From a virus (Duplodnaviria > Caudoviricetes), in the IMG/VR virus record IMGVR_UViG_3300020577_003668, positions 32,001 to 96,000 of that record: DNA of 64,000 bases; one strand, written 5' to 3'. The position numbers and the translations under genes were made by a program. This document shows, one piece after another, positions 40,456 to 50,199 of the stretch. The notes under the pieces were generated by a model that saw nothing but the letters and a program-made list of their open reading frames with translations, did not search any database and had not been told where the DNA came from. The stretch's first letter is position 1. The number at the start of each line of letters is the position of its first letter.

Positions 40456-41064
40456 ATGGCAACTAAGCGCAGCAAATCCGCAGATAGTGAAAAACTAGAC
40501 AGTGCACATATTGAGCATGTAATTAAGATGCTCAAACCAGCAGATGGCAGTAAGCCTTGGACTAAGAAAGAATGTTGTGCCTATCTAGGTATGACATATA
40601 ATACTACGCGTCTAGGTAACATTATTGAGAAGTACGAGGAAAATAAGGCTAAGGATGCCGCCCGTAGAGCTGAAAAGCGCGGAAAGCCAGCTACAGAAGC
40701 TGAGATTTCCTACATAGTAACAGGATACCTAGAGGGAGCAGCGATTGATAGCATTTGTTCAGCGTTGTATCGGGGGCCTACTTTTGTACGTAGCATTCTG
40801 GATGGTCTTTCTGTTCCTATCCGTCAGTCTGCCCATAGTTATTTTCGCCCTGGTATTGTTCCCGACGAAGCTGTTAGGGATAGGTTCGCAGTAGGTGATC
40901 TAGTATATAGCATGAGATATGATTCTCTAGCTAAAGTACATAAAGAATTCTCGCCGGGCGTGTATCGGCTATATTTACTATCAGATAAGTGGTTACAGTA
41001 TTGCTATCAACCAGCATATGAACTAGCTTCTCTAGAACATCTAAAGAAATACATTCATGTCTGA
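40456..41064 (+). CDS. D2: T5 D2-like protein
   Basis: TKKECC.YLG, KRGK, YLEG..ID.I...LYR. Confidence 0.7.
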   Translation: MATKRSKSADSEKLDSAHIEHVIKMLKPADGSKPWTKKECCAYLGMTYNTTRLGNIIEKYEENKAKDAARRAEKRGKPATEAEISYIVTGYLEGAAIDSICSALYRGPTFVRSILDGLSVPIRQSAHSYFRPGIVPDEAVRDRFAVGDLVYSMRYDSLAKVHKEFSPGVYRLYLLSDKWLQYCYQPAYELASLEHLKKYIHV

Positions 41065-41383
41065 TGCACCGCTATACGAAAAAATTCTATCTGAAAACCC
41101 TGAAAAAGGTTCGCAACTACGACTTGTAGTAAGTCTATTTCGCGATGTAGAATATTTGCATATCCGTAAATATTTTCTGTCATATGATGAAGGGTACGTA
41201 CCGACTAAGGAAGGTATCTCCATGCCGGCCACTATTTCTAGTATTTATGCGTTATTGGACGGGCTAGTAGAAATTTGCTCATACGAAGAAAGCATTGACT
41301 CGGTAATTAAACACTTTGGCGAAAAGATAGAAGCACTAAAAAATGAACAAGCTAACAGAGTTCCTGAACCTAGCGGCTCGTAA
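41057..41383 (+). CDS. PC4-like nucleic-acid-binding protein
   Basis: LVVS.FR..EYLHIRKY....PTKEGISMP; T5 synteny. Confidence 0.75.
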   Translation: MSDAPLYEKILSENPEKGSQLRLVVSLFRDVEYLHIRKYFLSYDEGYVPTKEGISMPATISSIYALLDGLVEICSYEESIDSVIKHFGEKIEALKNEQANRVPEPSGS

Positions 41384-42299
41384 TTATTACGCCGGAAATC
41401 CGATTATTTCCGATGAAGTATTTGATAGGTTATCTGAATCGGCAGGATATGACAAAGTTGGGGCTAAACAACATGAGCATCTTGAAAAGCACCTATACCC
41501 AATGTATAGCCTTCAAAAACACTATGAAGGAGAGGGCACTAGGCCTGTGCTACCAGGAACCCGAATTGATACAAGTCCTAAGCTGGATGGCGCTGCTATT
41601 AGCGCTCTCTATATTAATGGTGCTCTTGTACGTGTACTCACTCGTGGCGATGGCGTAGAGGGTACCATTGTAACTGATAAGTTTTTAGTTACTAAACTTA
41701 TCCCACATTATATTTCTGATTCCTCGATTCCAGATATACTGCAAATTACCGGAGAACTATGTGCTCCAAAGCATGTGGAAAATGCTAGAAACTATGCAGC
41801 AGGTGCATTAAATCTAAAAGACGTGAATGAGTTCCGCACACGTAGTGTTGAATTCTTTGCCTATGGAGTTAATCCTGTCCTCACGGATTCTTTTCAGCAC
41901 GATATGATGATGCTGAAGTCGTGGGGTTTCAATACAGTAAAAGACCCTGAACTGTGGAATATCTTCCCAACCGACGGTATCGTTCATAGACTGGATTCAA
42001 ATAAAGAGTTCTACGAAGCAGGATACACTTCCAAACATCCTAAGGGAGCATTGGCAGTAAAAGAGCGTGGAGCTAGTGTTGAAACTAAATTACTAGATGT
42101 AATTTGGCAGACAGGAAAATCCGGTAAAGTGACTCCTGTAGCAATCCTAGAGCCAGTACTAGTAGGTGATGCGATGGTCTCTAGAGCAACACTGAATAAT
42201 ATTGCGTTCATTAAAGCCCTGGAAATTAAAATCGGAGACACTATTGGGCTCATTAGAGCGGGTGAAATCATACCCCAGATCACGCACAAGGTTGTATAG
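41343..42299 (+). CDS. ligA: NAD-dependent DNA ligase subunit A
   Basis: PKLDG, TRGDG, RNYAAG, OB domain. Confidence 0.95.
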   Translation: MNKLTEFLNLAARNYYAGNPIISDEVFDRLSESAGYDKVGAKQHEHLEKHLYPMYSLQKHYEGEGTRPVLPGTRIDTSPKLDGAAISALYINGALVRVLTRGDGVEGTIVTDKFLVTKLIPHYISDSSIPDILQITGELCAPKHVENARNYAAGALNLKDVNEFRTRSVEFFAYGVNPVLTDSFQHDMMMLKSWGFNTVKDPELWNIFPTDGIVHRLDSNKEFYEAGYTSKHPKGALAVKERGASVETKLLDVIWQTGKSGKVTPVAILEPVLVGDAMVSRATLNNIAFIKALEIKIGDTIGLIRAGEIIPQITHKVV

Positions 42300-42376
42300 C
42301 TGATAAAATTTGTACTTGCAGCAGCAGTCCTTATGCGTTATAATTATATCATACTAAGTAAAAAAGCAACATAAAT

Positions 42377-43126
42377 ATGGAAATTATTGAGCCTCAGCAT
42401 TGCCCCTCCTGTGGTTACACATTAGAGAAAGTGCAAGACCAGTTATTCTGTAGAAATGTGTCATGTACCGCTCAGGTTAATGGTAAGCTGGTACATTTTT
42501 GCAAGACACTTGGTATTAAAGGTATGGGCCCAAAAACTGTAGAAAAGCTACAGTTGGGCGATATTACAGAGATTTTTTATCTTGATCCTAGTGAACTAAG
42601 TGAGCTACTCGGCGACAAGATCGCCACTAAGCTTCTTGATGAAATTGAACGAGCCAAGGAAGCTAGCTTCGCAACAGTTCTTGAGTCAATGTCTATACCA
42701 TTAGTAGGAGGAGTAGCTTCTAAAAAGTTAGCCGCATTAGTATCCAATTTTGAAGAGATTACAGAAAAGAAATGCGAAGAAGCCGGATTAGGTCCTAAGG
42801 TTACTCAAAACCTAATGAGCTGGCTAGAGAACGAATACCTACAAATACAAGAATTTTTACCGTTCTCATATACAGAAGCTGAAATAGAATCAGCTGGAAA
42901 AACAGTTTGTATTACTGGTAAACTAACATCTTACAAGAAGAAAGCAGATGCCGAGGGCGACCTAAGGGCAGCAGGCTTCAGGCTAGTAGATTCAGTGACT
43001 AAATCGCTGGATTATCTAGTGGATGAGGGTGATGGTACATCAGCAAAACGTAAGAAGGCCGAACAATACGGCATTACTATTATAACCGATCTAAACGATC
43101 TATTGAAAGAAATCAACAATGAGTGA
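42377..43126 (+). CDS. ligB: NAD-dependent DNA ligase subunit B (Zn finger, HhH, BRCT)
   Basis: CPSC..C..C, IKGMG, VCITG..VTK BRCT; split as in T5. Confidence 0.92.
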   Translation: MEIIEPQHCPSCGYTLEKVQDQLFCRNVSCTAQVNGKLVHFCKTLGIKGMGPKTVEKLQLGDITEIFYLDPSELSELLGDKIATKLLDEIERAKEASFATVLESMSIPLVGGVASKKLAALVSNFEEITEKKCEEAGLGPKVTQNLMSWLENEYLQIQEFLPFSYTEAEIESAGKTVCITGKLTSYKKKADAEGDLRAAGFRLVDSVTKSLDYLVDEGDGTSAKRKKAEQYGITIITDLNDLLKEINNE

Positions 43127-43871
43127 AACAAAGAGCAAAAAGTGGAATGACGAAGCCGTAGCAACTCTTATGAGTGTTGTAGGTGGTGAATCTCCTGTAT
43201 CAGCAGCTACCGTAGAAAAGGCTGCTGCCGCACTAGAAGTTAGTACACGCTCAGTAGCTGCTAAGCTACGCCAGCTAGATATGGAAGTTGCTTCCCTAGC
43301 CAAGGAAAAGGTATCAACCTTTACTCCCGAAGAAGGTGAAGCGCTAGCTAAGTTTGTAACCGATAACGCTGGACAGTATACCTATAAGGAAATCGCTGAA
43401 CAATTCCCAGGTGAATTTACTGCCAAGCAAGTACAAGGTAAGCTTCTAGCACTAGAACTTACTGACAAGGTTAAGCCTACTGAAAAGATTGAAGTAGCGC
43501 GTACCTATACTCCTGAACAAGAAGCAACCTTCATCAAGATGGCAAATGCTGGTAAGTTCATCGAAGAAATCGCTATTACTCTGGGTAAAGAAGTAGCGTC
43601 TGTTCGTGGTAAGGCCCTAAGCCTAACTCGCAGCGGTGCAATTACTCAGATTCCTAAGCAAAAGGAAAGTCATGCTAAGGATGTAGTTGATGCTGTAGCC
43701 GCTCTAGGCGACGCTGTTAAGACTATGACTGTAGAAGCCATTGCAGCCGCTGTAGACAAAACAGAACGCGGTGTTAGGACCCTCCTTACTCGCCGTGGAA
43801 TTACGGTAGCTAACTATGACGGAGCCGCTAAGCAGGCTAAAGCCCGCGCTAAAGCTGAAACTGTAGCGTAA
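43119..43871 (+). CDS. D5: T5 D5-like DNA-binding transcription regulator
   Basis: RSVAAKLR, VQGKLLALEL, SVRGKALSL, KTERGV.TLLTRRG. Confidence 0.88.
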   Translation: MSETKSKKWNDEAVATLMSVVGGESPVSAATVEKAAAALEVSTRSVAAKLRQLDMEVASLAKEKVSTFTPEEGEALAKFVTDNAGQYTYKEIAEQFPGEFTAKQVQGKLLALELTDKVKPTEKIEVARTYTPEQEATFIKMANAGKFIEEIAITLGKEVASVRGKALSLTRSGAITQIPKQKESHAKDVVDAVAALGDAVKTMTVEAIAAAVDKTERGVRTLLTRRGITVANYDGAAKQAKARAKAETVA

Positions 43872-43889
43872 TACTTATATATAAGTATA

Positions 43890-43920
43890 AAGCACGGTAG
43901 AGAAATCTACCGTGCTTTTT
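43890..43920 (+). terminator. Intrinsic terminator
   Basis: AGCACGGTAGA-GAAA-TCTACCGTGCT then T-run. Confidence 0.85.
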
Positions 43921-43940
43921 CATGTAAAGGATTGACTACG

Positions 43941-44660
43941 ATGGAGATAGATCAGTTACCAAAAAATAGCGGTATTTACTGTATGTATTTTGAACAGATA
44001 TACAATAAAGTATATATAGGATGTTCAATAAATATTCATAAAAGAATAACGGATCATTTAGGTGATTTAAGAAGAAATAATCACTGTAATTACTTATTAC
44101 AAAATGCATACAATAAATATGGTTGTCCCCAGGTAGAAGTATTAGAGTTATGCTCAGGTGAATTTTTAGCTGAAAAAGAAGTTAGTTATATTGAGGAGTT
44201 TGATTCATTTTATAATGGATTTAATCTTACCCCCGGCGCAGAAGGAAGGTGTTTTGGTGAAGATAATGGCGCAGCCAAATACACTGAAAAAGTATATAAA
44301 GCAGTATTATTTGAATTAGCCTATACTAATAAATCCTGCCAGCAAATAGCAAATGAAATAGGTGTCACTAGAGGTATTGTAAAACAGATAAGTGGGTTAA
44401 AAACACACCACTATTTAAAAGAATCTTATCCTGAAGAATATAGTATGATAGAGCGGAAACACAATACTAAGGATAACTCTGCAAAAAGCAAGGGCATAAG
44501 CTACCCTATTTTAATATCTCCTATCGGAGAAGAATTTCAGGTAGAGAATATACATAAATTTGCCGAAGAGCACAGTTTACAGTATCAAAATCTACATAAG
44601 GTATTAACAGGTAAGAGAAAGCATCATCTTAACTGGCACCTAAAAGGAACAGTTTTATGA
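43941..44660 (+). CDS. GIY-YIG homing endonuclease
   Basis: SGIY..VYIGCS...R..H. Confidence 0.9.
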   Translation: MEIDQLPKNSGIYCMYFEQIYNKVYIGCSINIHKRITDHLGDLRRNNHCNYLLQNAYNKYGCPQVEVLELCSGEFLAEKEVSYIEEFDSFYNGFNLTPGAEGRCFGEDNGAAKYTEKVYKAVLFELAYTNKSCQQIANEIGVTRGIVKQISGLKTHHYLKESYPEEYSMIERKHNTKDNSAKSKGISYPILISPIGEEFQVENIHKFAEEHSLQYQNLHKVLTGKRKHHLNWHLKGTVL

Positions 44661-44960
44661 AAGTACACATTGAGTATTACGATGGGGATAGCTTTACAGT
44701 TGAAGAAGTAGTAAAGTTAGCGCAACATAATTATGGCAAGTCCGCCCATGTAGAAGTGCAGGCGGACTCTCCCGCGCCACACGACGAAATATACTTCGCT
44801 TTACAGCAGATGGTTACGTATAGACAGTTATCTTTATTGTATGATAATAAAGACACGTATCAGAAGGATATTAAGATGCTGAGAGCGGAAGTACTAAGTA
44901 AACTAGAAGATATTCTTGACTCAGTAATTATTGATAATGAATCAAGGGTAGCATAGTATA

Positions 44961-46349
44961 ATGGATACTAGTGCAATTGTACTTAACAAATTGCTACTAG
45001 ATCGCAACCTTGACGTATGGGCTAAACTAAAATTATCCTTCCTAGATTCGGCATATGCTACTCTATATAGTGCTATTTCTAGACACTATGACAAATACTC
45101 AGCAGTACCTTCATTCGAAGAATTAGAGTTAGAAGCTAGGGATCAGAGTTGGACCAAGACATTAGCTGCAATTAAGCTAATAGACGAACCAGATATTAGT
45201 GCCGAGGTTGCACTAGACGCATTACTAGACCAATATACACAAAACCAGGCAATAAATCTATTAGATAAATTCGTAGACAAACTACCAATTTACGATAGCG
45301 CAGAAATCAAAGAATCATTAGCTAACATAGTATTAACACTAGACGAGAAGACGCTAACTACAGAAGGCGTATATACCATGGCGGATATTATGTTATTCAA
45401 GAATAGTGCCGATCTAGCAAGGGATCGGGTATTCTTAGGGCTAAATAACCAATTCGACTCGGTATTGGGCGGAGTTGCGCGGCAAGAACTTATCTTAGTC
45501 GGAGGTCCTCGTGGAAGTGGAAAATCTATTACTTCCAGCAATATAGCAGTTAATCAATATGAAATGGGAAATAGCAGTGTGCTGTTTACTATTGAAATGT
45601 TGGCCCACGAAGTACATGAACGTAACTGTGCAATCTTGGCTAATGTACCCTATATGGGACTGAAACAAGGTACACTTAGTGCGGAAGACTGGCTAAAAGT
45701 AGTTAAAGTACGCGCAGGAATGTTCGTAGATGCGGATGACCTAGTACGCGAATACATTTTACATAGAGATAGATTCAAGTTTGAGTCTACTCTAGTCAAA
45801 GAAAAGTTACTAAAGCCAGATAATCAGATAATTATTATCGACGACAGAGCTTTAACTCTTAGCTCTATTGACTTGCATTTAGGAAAACTAAAAGCAAGAT
45901 TTGGTGATAAACTAAAGGTAGCAGTAGTAGACTACTTGAATCAGATTATTCATGGAGAAGCTCAAAGAGATAGTAAGTTTGATTGGAAGAACCAAGTAGA
46001 GATATCCGGGGGGCTTAAGAACCAAGCTAGAAAGCATGATGTAGTACTATTTAGTCCTTATCAGATTGATGCTAGTGGCGAGGCTCGCTTCGCTAAAGGC
46101 ATATTAGATGCTGCTGATATTGCTATGATCTTACAAGCTCATGACAAGGAAACAGGTGCTATGTCTTTCGATACTACTAAGATTCGTGGAGGTCCTCCGC
46201 TGAAGTTTACTAGCCCAATCAACTGGGAAACTTTGAGAATTAGTCCTGAATCAATTGAAAAGCCTGAAGCTAAAGAAACCGTTAAACGCGCAAAGAAATC
46301 AGAAAAAACTGGAGAAAGTGCAACTGATACTCCTCCATGGGGTGTATAA
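44961..46349 (+). CDS. D6: DnaB-like replicative helicase
   Basis: GPRGSGKS Walker A, IEM, VVDYLN, PYQ. Confidence 0.9.
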   Translation: MDTSAIVLNKLLLDRNLDVWAKLKLSFLDSAYATLYSAISRHYDKYSAVPSFEELELEARDQSWTKTLAAIKLIDEPDISAEVALDALLDQYTQNQAINLLDKFVDKLPIYDSAEIKESLANIVLTLDEKTLTTEGVYTMADIMLFKNSADLARDRVFLGLNNQFDSVLGGVARQELILVGGPRGSGKSITSSNIAVNQYEMGNSSVLFTIEMLAHEVHERNCAILANVPYMGLKQGTLSAEDWLKVVKVRAGMFVDADDLVREYILHRDRFKFESTLVKEKLLKPDNQIIIIDDRALTLSSIDLHLGKLKARFGDKLKVAVVDYLNQIIHGEAQRDSKFDWKNQVEISGGLKNQARKHDVVLFSPYQIDASGEARFAKGILDAADIAMILQAHDKETGAMSFDTTKIRGGPPLKFTSPINWETLRISPESIEKPEAKETVKRAKKSEKTGESATDTPPWGV

Positions 46350-47204
46350 ATGAGTGATGCAGTAGCAAATCTATTATCAGCCAATAACATTAGTTTTATT
46401 CCATCAGGGAAAGATTACCTAATTAGGTGTTTAAATCCTGACCACGATGATAATAATCCCTCGTGTAGGGTAGACAGACTAAGTGGAATTACACACTGTT
46501 TTTCGTGTGGTTGGAAACGAAACATATTTAAACACTTTGGGGTATTCAATAGTAACACTCCAGTAAAAGTAGCAAAGTTAAAACAGAAATTACAAGACTT
46601 AAGAGACGCTAATATAGAAATCGGGCTACCTGATGGAGCTACTCCTTATACCCAGGTATTTAGAGGACTCAGTGTAGCGACTCTTAAACACTTCGGCGCT
46701 TTCTATACGCATAAGGTAGAAGCCCTAGAAGATAGAGTAGTTTTCCCAATTAAGGATATAACAGGAAGACTAGTAGCTACTATCGGTAGACACGTATTAT
46801 CGGATGCAAATCCTAGATATAAGGTTTATCCTAGTGGCAAGCCTTTACCTCTATACCCTGCTTTACTCGAAGACAGTAATAAAAAGCTAGTCTTAGTAGA
46901 AGGCATACTAGATATGCTGAATCTATTCGATAAAGGAATGCGTAATGTAGTATGTACATTCGGTACTAGTACTATTTCTACTGAAAACGTATCCACTAAG
47001 CTTATGCCTTACAGAGTACAAGGCGTTGAGAAAATCTACATAATGTATGATGGAGATAACGCCGGACGAGAAGCAGCAAAACATATAAAACCTATCATAG
47101 AATCAGATGGATTCATTGTGGAGGTTTTAGAACTAGAAGAAGGTACTGATCCTGGAGATATGTCTCAGGAATCGGTAGATATGATGAAGGAATATACAAG
47201 TTGA
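46350..47204 (+). CDS. DNA primase (Zn finger plus TOPRIM)
   Basis: CLNPDH..HCFSCG, VEGILD, YDGD.AG. Confidence 0.92.
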   Translation: MSDAVANLLSANNISFIPSGKDYLIRCLNPDHDDNNPSCRVDRLSGITHCFSCGWKRNIFKHFGVFNSNTPVKVAKLKQKLQDLRDANIEIGLPDGATPYTQVFRGLSVATLKHFGAFYTHKVEALEDRVVFPIKDITGRLVATIGRHVLSDANPRYKVYPSGKPLPLYPALLEDSNKKLVLVEGILDMLNLFDKGMRNVVCTFGTSTISTENVSTKLMPYRVQGVEKIYIMYDGDNAGREAAKHIKPIIESDGFIVEVLELEEGTDPGDMSQESVDMMKEYTS

Positions 47205-49486
47205 AAATAGTACTAATAGACAAAGCACCTTCTCGCAATGATTACACTAAATACTTTCCTTTCGAATTCGAACACTATCATATGAGTAGTGTTCCTATTG
47301 CTAAGTTATTAAAGAAAGACGTAGACTTAGATATTGATCTTGATCTATACGATCTAGTAATCTTAGTAGGGTCGGAAGCTGCTAAGGAATACGCTAAGAT
47401 CACTAGTGTAACGAACTATGCAGGGCAGCTAATGCATGATAAGTTTGTTTGCATTAGTAATCCCGCGATGTTAATATTCAAACCAGAGGGTAAGCCAGAG
47501 TTTGAGCGCGCAGTAGCTAAAATAATTGGTTATGCCAATGGTAAGCAAGGCGATGTAGTAAGTGGTGACTTCAAAGGAATTGATAATGAAGAAGAAGCCT
47601 ACGAGTTTCTTTGGGAAGTTCTAAATAACGGAACTAAGTTTGTAAGTATAGACACAGAAGGTACAGCATTATATCCTCGCGATGGATATGTACTGGGAAT
47701 TTCGTTTACTTATAAACCAAAACAGGGTAGGTACATACTTACTGATGTTTTAACCGATAGACACTTTTATCTAATACAACAAATTGTAGATAAGTTTGAA
47801 ATCATATTTCACAATCTAAAGTATGACGTGAAAATGATTGAGTACCATACACCTATTCGTTTCCGTAGAGATCACTCTCATGATACGATGGTTATGCATT
47901 ATGTACTAAACGAGAATAGTCCACACGGTCTAAAGCCCCTGGCACTAAAGTATACTAACTACGGTGATTATGACTCGCCTTTGGAGGAATTTAAGAAGTC
48001 TTACTGTGCGCAGCACGGTATACTGCAAGAAAACTTTACTTATGACTTAATTCCCTTCGATATTATCTGCGTATATGCTAGTGTGGATACCGCGGTTACT
48101 TTTGAATTGGCAATGAAATTCTTGCCAATTATTGAGCAAAACGATAAACTACGATCAGTGTACTACAATATATTGATCCCAGCCACATTCTTTCTGAATG
48201 ATATTGAAGAAGTGGGTATTCCTATTTATAAAGCACGCATGACTAATGCTGAAAAGTATTTAAATGATGCAATAGACGAGGCAAAAAAGCAGATCTATGA
48301 ATATGAGGAAATTAAGGCGTTCGAGGCAGCTGAGGGTATTATTTTCAACCCTAACTCTGTTCAGCAGTTACGCAAAGTACTCTTTGATTATATGGGGCTC
48401 ACACCCACGGGCAAGCTTACGGCGACGGGGGCCATCAGTACGGATGCAGAAGTGCTTGAGGAACTTAGCGATGAGCACCCTTTACCGGCAGCTATACTCA
48501 AAGTTAGACAACTAGGAAAGATTAAGAATACTTATATCAGTAAGATTTTACCGGAGTTAGACAGAGATGAGCGTATTAGGACCAATTTTAATCTTATTTT
48601 TACTACTTCCGGTCGTCTTAGCAGTAGTGGTAAGTTTAATGCCCAGCAAATTCCCAGAGACGATCCGATTATTAAAGGCTGCATCGCTGCCCCCGAAGGC
48701 TACTCGATTGTAAGTCAAGACTTACAGACGGGCGAGATGTTCTTTGCGGCCGTATTATCAGGAGACAAAAATTTACAAGCAGTATTTAAGTCGAAAGGAG
48801 ACTTCCACTCAAGCATTGCGAAGATGGTTTTTGAATTACCTTGCGCAGTCGAAGATGTTAAGGCACTATATCCTGCTATGAGGCAGAGTGCCAAAGCTAT
48901 TAGTTTTGGTATATTGTATGGGTCAGGTAAGAAAAAGGTAGCTGAAACAGTCAGTAAGGCTACTGGAGAGTATTATGGTGAAGATAGGGCTCAAGACGAC
49001 ATTGACGCATACTTTACTAAGTTTAAGCAATTAAAGAAGTGGCTTAAGTCTCGGGAAGAATTTATTAAAGCTAATGGCTTTACTTACTCATTCTTCGGGC
49101 GTAAGCGTCGCCTAGTAAACGTATTCTCAGCTGACAAGGGAATTGCCGCACACGAAGTTCGCTCAGGAATTAACTCCGAAGTACAGTCTATTTGCTCCGA
49201 CGTAAACCTACTCGGAGCCATGGACACAGCAAGTGCAATCAAGCATCTAGATGCTAAGATATTCGCACTAGTACACGACTCTATTGTAGCTATTGTTAAA
49301 GATGAGCATGTTGAAGAGTACTGCCAAATTTTAAAATATAACACCCAAAAAGATAGGGGCTGCTCCATAGAGGGCTGTCCTATCGGAGTAGACCAGGAAA
49401 TTGGAAAGGACTATTCCTTTGGAAAGTTTGACAAAACCTATAAGCTTGATGGAGATAAGTTATCCCGTATTCCGACTGGGAAGTGA
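47201..49486 (+). CDS. polA: Family A DNA polymerase with 3'-5' exonuclease
   Basis: IDTE, HNLKYD, SGRLSS, RQSAKAISFGILYG, VHDS. Confidence 0.96.
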   Translation: MKIVLIDKAPSRNDYTKYFPFEFEHYHMSSVPIAKLLKKDVDLDIDLDLYDLVILVGSEAAKEYAKITSVTNYAGQLMHDKFVCISNPAMLIFKPEGKPEFERAVAKIIGYANGKQGDVVSGDFKGIDNEEEAYEFLWEVLNNGTKFVSIDTEGTALYPRDGYVLGISFTYKPKQGRYILTDVLTDRHFYLIQQIVDKFEIIFHNLKYDVKMIEYHTPIRFRRDHSHDTMVMHYVLNENSPHGLKPLALKYTNYGDYDSPLEEFKKSYCAQHGILQENFTYDLIPFDIICVYASVDTAVTFELAMKFLPIIEQNDKLRSVYYNILIPATFFLNDIEEVGIPIYKARMTNAEKYLNDAIDEAKKQIYEYEEIKAFEAAEGIIFNPNSVQQLRKVLFDYMGLTPTGKLTATGAISTDAEVLEELSDEHPLPAAILKVRQLGKIKNTYISKILPELDRDERIRTNFNLIFTTSGRLSSSGKFNAQQIPRDDPIIKGCIAAPEGYSIVSQDLQTGEMFFAAVLSGDKNLQAVFKSKGDFHSSIAKMVFELPCAVEDVKALYPAMRQSAKAISFGILYGSGKKKVAETVSKATGEYYGEDRAQDDIDAYFTKFKQLKKWLKSREEFIKANGFTYSFFGRKRRLVNVFSADKGIAAHEVRSGINSEVQSICSDVNLLGAMDTASAIKHLDAKIFALVHDSIVAIVKDEHVEEYCQILKYNTQKDRGCSIEGCPIGVDQEIGKDYSFGKFDKTYKLDGDKLSRIPTGK

Positions 49487-49973
49487 AAAACCACTAGTTG
49501 AGGATGGAGTAGTGTTATATCTATCTAGAGTTCGCGATGAAGATTCTTCAGAGATAAGAACTACTTATAAAATTATCGATGACCAGAATGTGCCAGGTGA
49601 CTCCCTGGCAGCCAGAAGGCTCCGCCTTCTAAGCGATAGCGTACCGCTTAAAAAGCTTAGTGTTGCTATATTTTTTCTCGGTGATCTTATCAAACTTGCC
49701 AAAAGCTCGACGTGGTTTATAGATTCAATGGGCAACGTTTTTCGTTATCTAAAATCAACAAGAGTAGTTCTAGAAATCAAACGTATTACTAGAACTATTC
49801 TTATTCCTAGTGGTGGGGCAATAATAGAAGTTGAAGGTTTACCTTCGAGATTTAAGTGTATGTACAAACCTGCTGCGGACGAAAAATACGCAGGGATAAT
49901 TAAATATGGACTGTCCTATATCTTATACGGGTTCTATACCGAGAAACTGGACAATACCTGGAGATTAATATGA
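49401..49973 (+). CDS. Conserved T5-like hypothetical protein between pol and D10
   Basis: YPVFRL, IDD.N..G, FIDS.G; synteny. Confidence 0.7.
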   Translation: MERTIPLESLTKPISLMEISYPVFRLGSEKPLVEDGVVLYLSRVRDEDSSEIRTTYKIIDDQNVPGDSLAARRLRLLSDSVPLKKLSVAIFFLGDLIKLAKSSTWFIDSMGNVFRYLKSTRVVLEIKRITRTILIPSGGAIIEVEGLPSRFKCMYKPAADEKYAGIIKYGLSYILYGFYTEKLDNTWRLI

Positions 49974-50199
49974 AAATTAGCGAAGTTACTATCTACAAAC
50001 TAGAGGCTACTGATACGGAAGTAGAAAATATATACTATTTAATAGAAGGACCGTATTATCGAATTGATAGTAAATGGTACTATACTGAACCAAATAGGAA
50101 TAGAATATATCCATTAGGTAATGGTGAAGAATACTTACCTGAGAAACTAGAGACTAATTTTCAAGATATGATGCCATTTAAAGGTCAATTGGAGTTGTT

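Noticed and set aside
41343-43126. Split ligase as a pseudogene or novelty
   Set aside because: Two-subunit NAD ligase is the normal T5-like arrangement
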